From IMG/VR virus record IMGVR_UViG_2808606779_000004, positions 688 through 64,687 of that record: DNA of 64,000 nucleotides; one strand, 5' to 3'. The notes beneath the pieces were generated by a model, which worked only from the letters and a program-made list of their open reading frames with translations, had not been told where the DNA came from and searched no databases. This stretch comes from a virus. Taxonomy: Duplodnaviria; Caudoviricetes. Positions 44,356 through 52,316 of this stretch are shown one piece after another. Position numbers and translations under genes: made by a program. Positions within the stretch are counted from its first letter, which is position 1. The number at the start of each line of letters is the position of its first letter.

Positions 44356-45444
44356 TCAATCTGCGGCGGCGTCGCCCTCCGTCTCCTTGAGGCGGGGCGT
44401 CATCCCGGTGGCTTCTCGGAAGCCCTCAGCTGTGCTGCACCGCTTGATGAGGTGGCTCACGTACGCCCTTGTGTACCGGTACGACTTTGTGGGCTCGTCG
44501 TACTCGCAGAAGTCGGAGTTCGTGCGATCCGGATTCGAGTCGCCGGGCAATGGCCGAACTTCTCCTCGTTTCCAGGCCGACGTGAAGTGGCTGACGTTGA
44601 ACACGAACGGGATCTCCGCTTCCACCTCTGCGGCGGCGGGTTTCGGCATTAGTCGCCCGAGGCCTGAGACCGGCCGCTTGCGATCCCTCACGATGACCTG
44701 GCCCTTGCGGCCCATCTCCTCCACAGCTGCGCGCTCGTCGTCGGTCATGTCGTCGTAGCGCGTGAACTGCACGGCGACGGCATCCGGATCCTTGGGGGCC
44801 AGCTCGACGGTCGCCCGGAGCCTGAACTCGTACCGGGGGTCGGCCGCTACATTCGGGTTGAGTCCGGACTCGAAGTCGGTGAGGAAACCGCGGAGGTCGG
44901 TGGGGAGCGTCTTGCGGAGTCGTCGGAGCGCCTGTTCGCCCTGCTGGCTGAACGTGCCGACGAAGAGTGGGATACGGAGCCGGAGGGCGAGGGAGTGGTC
45001 CGCTCCGAACTGGTTCGTGAGCTCCTGCTCGTAGTTGAGCAGGAGTGCGTGGGAGTGGCCCGACAGCGTGACCATGAGCGCGGCGTCGGCGTGAGCGTGC
45101 CGATGCTCCAGCCGGTTTCGCAGCCGTATGAAGAGCCTGAGGTTCGCCCGTACCACGTCGGTGTCGTCGTCCCAGCGTTCGCGAAGGCAGCGCTCCAGTT
45201 CCCAGGTCTTGGGCTCCCCGTCGACCTTGAGCAGACGCCTCTTGTACTGCGGATCCCAGTACCGGTAATCGATCCCGTCGCGGATGAACTCTGCGTGCAG
45301 CAGGTAGAGCCACGCCAGGTGCATGTGGATGACGAAGCCTTCGAAGGAGCGGCTCTCCGCGGGGTCGTTGTAGAGCCTGACCGCGAGACATGCTTCCTCG
45401 ACGCTGGCGTCCAGCGTCGCTTGCCAACGGGGAGGGCGTGCCAT
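44356..45444 (-). CDS. DUF3644-like HEPN-domain protein
   Basis: EACLAVRLYN.P...SFEGF..HM..AW..LLHA; RNRLEH (RxxxxH). Confidence 0.8.
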   Translation of the reverse strand: MARPPRWQATLDASVEEACLAVRLYNDPAESRSFEGFVIHMHLAWLYLLHAEFIRDGIDYRYWDPQYKRRLLKVDGEPKTWELERCLRERWDDDTDVVRANLRLFIRLRNRLEHRHAHADAALMVTLSGHSHALLLNYEQELTNQFGADHSLALRLRIPLFVGTFSQQGEQALRRLRKTLPTDLRGFLTDFESGLNPNVAADPRYEFRLRATVELAPKDPDAVAVQFTRYDDMTDDERAAVEEMGRKGQVIVRDRKRPVSGLGRLMPKPAAAEVEAEIPFVFNVSHFTSAWKRGEVRPLPGDSNPDRTNSDFCEYDEPTKSYRYTRAYVSHLIKRCSTAEGFREATGMTPRLKETEGDAAAD

Positions 45445-45533
45445 GCGCCGACTCTATTGGCGGCCCGCGTAACTACGGCGGCGGCGCTCCGGCGGTGTCT
45501 GCGCTGTTCGCCGCGCTGGCGCCGGGGCCAGGG

Positions 45534-45866
45534 CTACTCCTCGTCTTCCCGCTCCTCGCGCCGGAGCACCAGCGCCACCATTGGATCGCCGACCCGCTTC
45601 GGCAGTGGGCCGGGATCGCTGACCATCCACGCCGCGGCATCGTCTCCCGCGACCGCACGCGCCGCGTCGCCCGGGTGCTCGAACCGGCCGAGGTAGCTCG
45701 GTCTGCCGGACAGCTCCTGCACCTCGGTGAGCGCGACGGCGCCGATCGCGGCGTAGGCGGCCTCGTACCCGTCTACGAGCACAGGCATGCCCCCGGGCAG
45801 CTGGTCGAGGATGCGCCGCAGCTCGGCGACGGTAGTCGGCGGCGGATACTCGCTCTCGTCGGTCAC
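45534..45866 (-). CDS. Hypothetical protein
   Basis: TVAELR..L..LP..MPVLVDGYE; GTGA-coupled. Confidence 0.6.
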   Translation of the reverse strand: MTDESEYPPPTTVAELRRILDQLPGGMPVLVDGYEAAYAAIGAVALTEVQELSGRPSYLGRFEHPGDAARAVAGDDAAAWMVSDPGPLPKRVGDPMVALVLRREEREDEE

Positions 45867-46246
45867 TTCTCGCCACCCCGTTGCTCTCCGCATTCCCGAT
45901 CCCGCTGCGATTCGGTCCAGGGCGCGGTGATCACTACGTCGATCAGGCCTGTGTGCGCTGGGGTCCAGCCCTCGCAGCTGCCGCCAGGGCACCGTCCGGT
46001 GACAGCGTGCTCGTGGAGCGCGTCGGGCGCGAGATCGATCAGCTGACCGTCAGGCAGTTGCCACCCGATCGTGTCGCCGTCCACCAGGTGCACCGCGGCG
46101 ATCATCTCCGCGGTGAGCGCGGCGAACACTCCGCTCCGGCCGACGAGGTAGCTCATGTCGTGGTCGGCCACTACGCCGTCGCGAAACCGGGTGCGGACGA
46201 TGGTGCCGCCGCGGGACTCGACGGCCACGATGTCGTAGGCGCTCAC
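45863..46246 (-). CDS. DUF2442-like protein (antitoxin-type)
   Basis: RF.DG...D.D...L....GVF..L........V....T..W.....IDLAPDALHE. Confidence 0.7.
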   Translation of the reverse strand: MSAYDIVAVESRGGTIVRTRFRDGVVADHDMSYLVGRSGVFAALTAEMIAAVHLVDGDTIGWQLPDGQLIDLAPDALHEHAVTGRCPGGSCEGWTPAHTGLIDVVITAPWTESQRDRECGEQRGGEK

Positions 46247-46872
46247 CGGTCCCCCTCATCCACCTCGATTGACATCGGTTCCGCGAGGATGCGGGCCACG
46301 ACGTCGAGCTGCTTCTCCGTCAGATCCTCCTGGCTGCGGCCGTGCAGCATCAGCGCCGCCCAGACGGTCTCACTCATCGGGCAACTGCCGCACGTGCGGG
46401 GACTGATCACGCCGAACTGGCCCATCCGCGGCGGGTAATCCCAACCGGCGTCGAAAGCCTCAGCGGGTGTGAGGATTTCGTCGCGGCCGCACACTTCGCA
46501 GAGATGCCTGAGCCTCCAATGTGTGGTGTCCGATTCCAGCACCTCACCTGAGCTGGGCATGACCACGATCCCGGACGGGCGCGAGGTGTAGTGCGCGGCG
46601 TCCGGCACGCTGCGCACCGTGATCCCGGCGACGGTGACGGTGGTGCCCTCGACTCCGAGTTCGGCGAGCTGCGCGCGGGTCACGGTGACGACGCCCTCGG
46701 CGGCGGCCGCAGTCACCTTGTCGGCGGCGGCGGTCTCGACGGCATGGACGGTGGCCTTCCCGTCGCCGGACTGCAGCATCCGAGCCGAGGCGGGATCATC
46801 CAGCTTGGCGGTGAGCGCGGCGATGTTGCGGGCGGTGAGTTCCAGCGTTCGCGTGTCGGCGTCGTACCTCAT
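46243..46872 (-). CDS. Hypothetical protein with C-terminal Zn motif
   Basis: HLCEVCG...WDYPP..G.FG..SPRTCG.C. Confidence 0.6.
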   Translation of the reverse strand: MRYDADTRTLELTARNIAALTAKLDDPASARMLQSGDGKATVHAVETAAADKVTAAAAEGVVTVTRAQLAELGVEGTTVTVAGITVRSVPDAAHYTSRPSGIVVMPSSGEVLESDTTHWRLRHLCEVCGRDEILTPAEAFDAGWDYPPRMGQFGVISPRTCGSCPMSETVWAALMLHGRSQEDLTEKQLDVVARILAEPMSIEVDEGDR

Positions 46873-47477
46873 CAGCGGCCGCTCTGCGCGCACGCGCCGC
46901 ACAGCGACTGGTACCAGCCGTCGGAGCGCTGCTGGATCCGCCCGGGCCGCCCGCAGCACTCGCACGTGACGGCCGACTGCGCCTCGGCGGCGGCGATCCG
47001 GTCATGCACCGCGTCGGCCAGCGTGGGGTCACTCGCCTCGGCCCATACGCACAGCTGGCCTCCCTTCTGCTTCACCTGCCGCACAACGAGTCCCGGATCG
47101 ATGCGCTCCAGGTCCGCTCTGAGTTCGGTGAGGAGCTTCGCCCAGCCGTCGTCCGGATCGATCGGTGGCCACCCGCTGGGGCGCGTGAGGTCGATCGCCT
47201 CCTCTGCGTCGAGGGACATCACCGTCGCGAACCATCTCCGCGTCGACCGGTAGCCGGTGCGGGCGTCGGCGTCTGCTGCGCCGGCGCCCCACAGCGTGGG
47301 TGCCCAAGTCTCGACCGCCGCGTCGACGGCTCCCGGCTCACCGAGTACCGCCCGGACCCCAGCGACCTCACCGGAGCTCCACGTCGATGCGTACGGATTC
47401 CAGCCGTCGCGGCGCACGAGAGCGGCGCGCTCCCGGAGGTCTGCTGCGCGGCGGTCACGGGATTCAGCGGTGGGCAT
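46872..47477 (-). CDS. Hypothetical protein with conserved C-terminal Zn ribbon
   Basis: QVKQKGG.L......AE..S..TCECCG.PG......GW...LC..C. Confidence 0.65.
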   Translation of the reverse strand: MPTAESRDRRAADLRERAALVRRDGWNPYASTWSSGEVAGVRAVLGEPGAVDAAVETWAPTLWGAGAADADARTGYRSTRRWFATVMSLDAEEAIDLTRPSGWPPIDPDDGWAKLLTELRADLERIDPGLVVRQVKQKGGQLCVWAEASDPTLADAVHDRIAAAEAQSAVTCECCGRPGRIQQRSDGWYQSLCGACAQSGR

Positions 47478-47673
47478 GGGGTCAGTGTGACCGGCTGCCC
47501 CGACACGTCGCGAGTGATTTCCTCGATGCACGTTGCGATGCACCTGCAACGGAACCAGCAACATCGCCGGGACCAGCGACTACTCCATGGAGTGTTGCCG
47601 ACTCGGCGAACAGCCTTGAGGCGCTGGAGTTTTCGATCAGAGCGGTGTCGGCAGCCCGTGACACGATCCGGGC

Positions 47674-47850
47674 ATGACTGCAATCGCAACCCGCCCCGTC
47701 ATCCGCGCGAACGTCTCAGACGTGGCGCGTCTCGCGGAATTCCTGTCGATGCTCCTCGACGCGCCGGTCTTGATCACCTCGGCGCGCGACGAGGTGCCCG
47801 CCCCAGAGGGGCACCACTTGGTCCTGATCGTCGCGGAGTCTGCGCCGTGA
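47674..47850 (+). CDS. Small hypothetical protein (58 aa)
   Basis: MTAIATRPVIRANVSDVARLAEFL...; GTGA overlap with the next frame. Confidence 0.4.
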   Translation: MTAIATRPVIRANVSDVARLAEFLSMLLDAPVLITSARDEVPAPEGHHLVLIVAESAP

Positions 47851-47932
47851 AGCTGTCCCTGATCGTGCTGTACGTGCCGGATGGTGGCTGCACGACCCGA
47901 CCGGGAACACAGTCGTGTTGCTGCGGGAGTAG
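47847..47932 (+). pseudogene. Internally deleted VOC/glyoxalase-like gene remnant
   Basis: MKLSLIVLYVP joined out of frame to WWLHDPTGNTVVLLRE-stop. Confidence 0.55.
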
Positions 47933-48074
47933 TCCCCGCGCTGATCCCTCGCGCCCCGCATCCGTGTTCCGGCCTGGAGGGAGTACACCCCACAGCATGA
48001 ACGAGATCGGCACCGCAGGGGACGTGACACGTTGTTCTACAACATGTTTGGATCCGCGTGGGAGAATCGAACGC

Positions 48075-48953
48075 GTGAGCAAGACTCGGCTGGCACTGGT
48101 CGCCGCCGAGGCAGTAGCTGCGGTGGCCCTCTCGGCGTGCGGCACGTCCACCGCCGGGGAAGCAGTGTCCGATCGTGGCGGCCCGGTCAAGCCAGTGTGG
48201 GTGGACCCCACCGCCGACGGCCCGGTGGCCGTTCAGCTCGACGACTACCAGGAGCAGTTCAACCTGGTGCCGGTTCCCGGCGTCAAGATCACGCACACTA
48301 CGGACGCAGCCGGCGGCGACATGTGCACCATCGGCCCCGCAGTGTCCCCGGCCGCGCTACCGGAGGCGCGAGGCTTCCTGACTGCCGGCCACTGCAACTC
48401 CACCATCGACCCCTCCCAGGTCATCTTCCGTGACCGGCACGGTTCGGTGCGCACACGTCTGGCGCCCGCGACCGGCGTGGTGAACGAACTCGACCCAGAT
48501 ACCGGGAAGTGGGTCGACGCCGCCGCCCTCTGGACCAGCACCGTGGACCCCACCGCGGTGAAGATCGCCGGCCGGTGGTCGGTGGCAGGCGTCCTCACGG
48601 TGGCGGGGGTGAAGGACCTGCTGCCGGTCGGCGCTCCGCTCTGCAGCACCGGCGCGAACAGCGGGGTGAAGTGCGGGAAGGTGCAGGACACGAGCGGCGA
48701 CCGCATCCGTTTCGACGCGAAGGGCGGCCCGGGCGACTCCGGCGGCGCCGTGTTCACGGTCGACGATCAAGGTCGCGCGCACCTTGTCGGCATCGTCAAG
48801 GGTGGCGCCGAGGACGGCAGCGACACCACCGCGACGTACCTGGACCCGGCGTTGGGGCGACTCGGAGCGCACGCGCTGGTCGACCCCCTGAAGGCAGTCG
48901 ACCCCGCGTCGATGGCCGGCTGGTACTCGACCAGGTTCACCCTCGCCTCTTAA
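48075..48953 (+). CDS. Lipoprotein trypsin-like (S1) serine protease
   Basis: Signal peptide with lipobox LSAC; LTAGHC, DAA and GDSGG triad motifs. Confidence 0.88.
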   Translation: MSKTRLALVAAEAVAAVALSACGTSTAGEAVSDRGGPVKPVWVDPTADGPVAVQLDDYQEQFNLVPVPGVKITHTTDAAGGDMCTIGPAVSPAALPEARGFLTAGHCNSTIDPSQVIFRDRHGSVRTRLAPATGVVNELDPDTGKWVDAAALWTSTVDPTAVKIAGRWSVAGVLTVAGVKDLLPVGAPLCSTGANSGVKCGKVQDTSGDRIRFDAKGGPGDSGGAVFTVDDQGRAHLVGIVKGGAEDGSDTTATYLDPALGRLGAHALVDPLKAVDPASMAGWYSTRFTLAS

Positions 48954-48992
48954 TCGTGTCGTCGGGCTAACTACCCGTTCCCACCAGGGATA

Positions 48993-50513
48993 ATGGAACA
49001 CATGGCTTACCCAGAGGACCCCGACTTCGGCAGCGTCGACGCACTCCCCGATCCCGCGTCGGCCCCGAAGCTGAGCACTGAGCTTGAGGGTCTCGCCGGC
49101 GCGATCCAGGACACCACCACTGGAGTCAGCGGCACCACCAGCGGTAAGACACCCGAGGAAGTCGTGGCTGCGACCGCCGCTGCGCAGCAGGCCGCGCGCG
49201 ACGCCGCCACGAACGCGGCCACTGCCGAGGCGGCGATCAAGATCCTCAAGGATGCTGTTGCGGCCTGGAAGAAGAACGCGCCGAAGAAGGCCGAGCTCGA
49301 CAAGGCTGAGAAGGCAGTGACCGACGCGAAGGCAGCGCTGGCGACTGCTCAACAGGCCGAGGACGATTCGCTCAGCGACGGCGCGAAGGCTCTCGCGAAG
49401 CAGCAGGTCAAGACGGCAAGTGACGCGCTGGACAAGGCGGTGTTGGATCTGCAGACGCTGCAGAAGAAGCGCAAGGACGCGGACGAGGCGTACGAAACCG
49501 CGCGGAAGCAGGCCGCCGAGAAGATGAAGACGCTGAAGGGTGGCGACAAGGACCGAGGCGGTTCGACGAACGGCCCCACGGGGGCAACCGATACGCCCGA
49601 CACCGGAACGGGTACCGGCACCCCCGCTCCGTCCTCGGGTGCCGGCAACGGCCGCACCGCCCCCAGTTCAGGCACCCCCGCTGCCCCGAGCAGCGGCAAG
49701 CCCGCCGGCACCCCGGCTCCGTCGAGCACCGCCTCGCCCACCTCGCCGTCGAGCACGACCACCTCGACCAGCAGCGGCGTCGACCCGAGCACAGCCGCCA
49801 TCGCTGCTCTCCTCGCGCAGAGCCAGCAGCCACAGCAGGCAGTACAGATGCCGACCCAGCAGACGACCCCGACGGCAACGGCACCGCAACAGTCCGCTCA
49901 GCAGCCGCAGAACCAGCAGGCGAAGAACGCGAAGCAGGAAGGCGTCCTCGACCTCGACGGTGTCCGCGAGCTCCTGGGTGAGACGGGTACCGGCCTCGCC
50001 CTCGGTCTCGGCGGGGGCGGGTCTCCCAGCACGTCGTCGACCCCGTCCCCCGCCGCGTCCGAACAGCACGGCACCTCGTTCCGCCCCGCCGGTACGCCGA
50101 TCACCGGCACCAGTCTCGGTGGCGCCCCGGCGGTGAACGCGCAGGCCGCACCGACCAGCGGCACCAGCGCGACCGGCCTCCACACGAGCTCCGATGTGTC
50201 CGGGCGCTCGACGCCGGCCGCCACCGCCTACTCACAGAGCCCGGAGACCAAGACCAGCGGCGCTACCGGGACCGGCACCCAGGCCCCCGCTGGACAGCAG
50301 CAGACCGGCGCGCGGCCGATGGGCGGCGGGATGCCGATGATGCCGATGACTCCGATGGCCGGCGGCGCTCCGGCCGGCGGCCACCGCGGCGGCGATGGCG
50401 AGGAGAAGAAGATCACCACGTACGGCGCGGGCGGCCTGCTCCACGGTGAGGACACGATCGCCGAAGCGGTGCGCGGCGGCACCATTGCTCAGAACAAGCC
50501 CGACGCGGCCTGA
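48993..50513 (+). CDS. Helical plus Pro/Ser/Thr/Gln-rich protein resembling ESX substrates
   Basis: N-terminal Ala/Lys coiled coil, long low-complexity linker, PMGGGMPMMPM motif near the C-terminus. Confidence 0.55.
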   Translation: MEHMAYPEDPDFGSVDALPDPASAPKLSTELEGLAGAIQDTTTGVSGTTSGKTPEEVVAATAAAQQAARDAATNAATAEAAIKILKDAVAAWKKNAPKKAELDKAEKAVTDAKAALATAQQAEDDSLSDGAKALAKQQVKTASDALDKAVLDLQTLQKKRKDADEAYETARKQAAEKMKTLKGGDKDRGGSTNGPTGATDTPDTGTGTGTPAPSSGAGNGRTAPSSGTPAAPSSGKPAGTPAPSSTASPTSPSSTTTSTSSGVDPSTAAIAALLAQSQQPQQAVQMPTQQTTPTATAPQQSAQQPQNQQAKNAKQEGVLDLDGVRELLGETGTGLALGLGGGGSPSTSSTPSPAASEQHGTSFRPAGTPITGTSLGGAPAVNAQAAPTSGTSATGLHTSSDVSGRSTPAATAYSQSPETKTSGATGTGTQAPAGQQQTGARPMGGGMPMMPMTPMAGGAPAGGHRGGDGEEKKITTYGAGGLLHGEDTIAEAVRGGTIAQNKPDAA

Positions 50514-50528
50514 GCCGGAACAGCACGA

Positions 50529-50558
50529 AGCCCCCGTACCAGTTGAGGTACGGGGGCT
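50529..50558. terminator. Hairpin between convergent genes
   Basis: AGCCCCCGTACC-agttga-GGTACGGGGGCT perfect 12-bp stem. Confidence 0.75.
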
Positions 50559-50578
50559 CTGTCGGTCCGGGGTGCGGA

Positions 50579-50872
50579 TCACTCCTCGCCGAGCAGCTGC
50601 CGGATGACCTCCGGGCCGAGTTCCCGTTCCCAGCGGCGGCGGCCACCGCGTGCGCAGGCGTGGATGATGCTCTCCCGCTCCCAGGCGTCGAGGCTCCGGA
50701 TACGCCGCTGCACGCCTTCCCACCCCGCGGCGTAGGAGCGGACGGTGCTCGGAGAGATGTTGAACTCGGCGGCCAACTGGTCGACGGGGATCCCGTCGCG
50801 CACGGCGAGGGCGATGTCGCGGCGGACGCTCGGGTTGGGGACGGCGTGGGTGAACGGGGTGCGCTCGGTCAT
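50579..50872 (-). CDS. HTH protein
   Basis: GIPVDQLAAEFNISPSTVRSY. Confidence 0.7.
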   Translation of the reverse strand: MTERTPFTHAVPNPSVRRDIALAVRDGIPVDQLAAEFNISPSTVRSYAAGWEGVQRRIRSLDAWERESIIHACARGGRRRWERELGPEVIRQLLGEE

Positions 50873-51188
50873 GCGAGACACCATGTCGGCCGCACCGCCA
50901 AGATGGTGTGCGGGGCGCGGGAATGGAAACAGGGAGCCCCTCAGTGGCACTTAGGGTTCAACCCGTAGCTGCCGATTTCCGTACCAGGGTGTCGGTACTG
51001 CCGACACTCTCCACCCGTTTTCGTACCCGGCGGCTACGGTCGCCTTCGTTGTTGCAAACACCCCGGCCGCATGGGAGCGCGGTCGGGGTGTCCTCGGTTC
51101 GGGGTGGGGTCAGCTGACCGTGGGGCAGTCGCGGCCGAGTTCTACCCGTCCAACTGGGGTGTACCCAAACGCGTCGCGGGCGGGCTTC

Positions 51189-51265
51189 TGTCAGCGCGTA
51201 CATCTAGGGTCCGAAACATATTGTTCGACAACGTGTCTAGGCAACTCCTAGATGTCAGCTGTACA
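51189..51265. promoter_or_regulatory. res-like site upstream of the resolvase
   Basis: ACATCTAGG (51200) / CCTAGATGT (51247) inverted; TCTAGG-N5-CCTAGA; TGTCAGC..GTACA twice. Confidence 0.55.
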
Positions 51266-51285
51266 AACTGAGCGAGAGGACCATC

Positions 51286-51861
51286 ATGGGCGAGCGCATC
51301 GGGTATCAGAGGGTGAGCACCACCGACCAGAACACCGAGCGGCAGCTCGACGGAATCGCCGTCGACCGCGTCTTCACCGACAAGGCGAGCGGCAAGGACA
51401 TCGATCGTCCTGCACTCGCTGAGGCGCTGCGGTACCTGCGCAACGGCGACACGTTCGTGGTCCACAGCATGGACCGGCTCGCCCGCAACACCGAGGACCT
51501 GCTCCGCACGGTCCGGGAACTGACCGAGCAGCACGTGCGGGTGGAGTTCGTGAAGGAGGGGCTCACCTTCACCGGGGACGACTCCCCGATGAACGAGCTG
51601 ATGCTGACCATGCTCGGGGGCATCGCCAAGTTCGAGCGGGCGCTGATCCTGGAGCGGCAGCGCGAGGGCATCGCGCTGGCGAAGGCGAAGGGAGCCTATA
51701 AGGGACGCAAGGCCAAGCTCACCACCGATCAAGCAGAGGAGCTGCGGTCCCGGCTCGCGGCGGGTGAGTCCGCGACGAAGCTCGCCACGGAGTACGGGAT
51801 CAGCCGGCAGAGCGTCTACAACTACCGCGCGCCGGCCGAGGCGAAGGAGAGCGCCGCATGA
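51286..51861 (+). CDS. Serine resolvase/invertase
   Basis: IGYQRVST.DQN..RQ, VHSMDRLARN, C-terminal HTH. Confidence 0.95.
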   Translation: MGERIGYQRVSTTDQNTERQLDGIAVDRVFTDKASGKDIDRPALAEALRYLRNGDTFVVHSMDRLARNTEDLLRTVRELTEQHVRVEFVKEGLTFTGDDSPMNELMLTMLGGIAKFERALILERQREGIALAKAKGAYKGRKAKLTTDQAEELRSRLAAGESATKLATEYGISRQSVYNYRAPAEAKESAA

Positions 51862-52283
51862 CCCCCTCCGACCGCGCCGCCGAAGCACTCCGCGACCGAT
51901 TCCGCCGTGAAGAAGCGGCGCTGCACGCCGAGGGTTACCTCACCATCGCCGACACCATGGAGCTGCTCGGGGTCGCCCGCTTCACCGTGAACCGGATGAT
52001 CAAGGACGGACGCCTGCATGTCACGCGCTTCGAGGATCGCATCGTCACCCGACCGGAGTGGGTCGCCGCGGTGCCCCGCAGCCGTAAGGCCTCACCCGAG
52101 TGGCGGCGCGAACACGGGTGGCTCAGCACCGCCGAGGCCGCCGAGCTGGCGGGCATCACACCGCAGGCGATGAACGTGCGCATCCGCAAGGGGCAACAGG
52201 CTGCGGTGCGTGCCGGCGCCGACGCACCGACGCCCGGCGTGTGGCTGATCCGGGAGGCGGATGTGCGGGGGCAGGTGGCGTAG
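51858..52283 (+). CDS. Tandem Xis-like HTH protein
   Basis: YLTIADTMELLGV and WLSTAEAAELAGIT winged-HTH repeats; ATGA-coupled to the resolvase. Confidence 0.7.
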   Translation: MTPSDRAAEALRDRFRREEAALHAEGYLTIADTMELLGVARFTVNRMIKDGRLHVTRFEDRIVTRPEWVAAVPRSRKASPEWRREHGWLSTAEAAELAGITPQAMNVRIRKGQQAAVRAGADAPTPGVWLIREADVRGQVA

Positions 52284-52316
52284 TTCCCGCGCCGGGGGCC
52301 TACGACAAGTTGAGGG

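Noticed and set aside
47004-48074. 649-aa version of the protease ORF
   Set aside because: The upstream part overlaps minus-strand genes; the signal peptide and lipobox define the start at about 48075.
51212-51227. LexA/SOS box (CGAAACATATTGTTCG)
   Set aside because: Does not fit CGAAC-N4-GTTCG spacing; more likely part of the res site.
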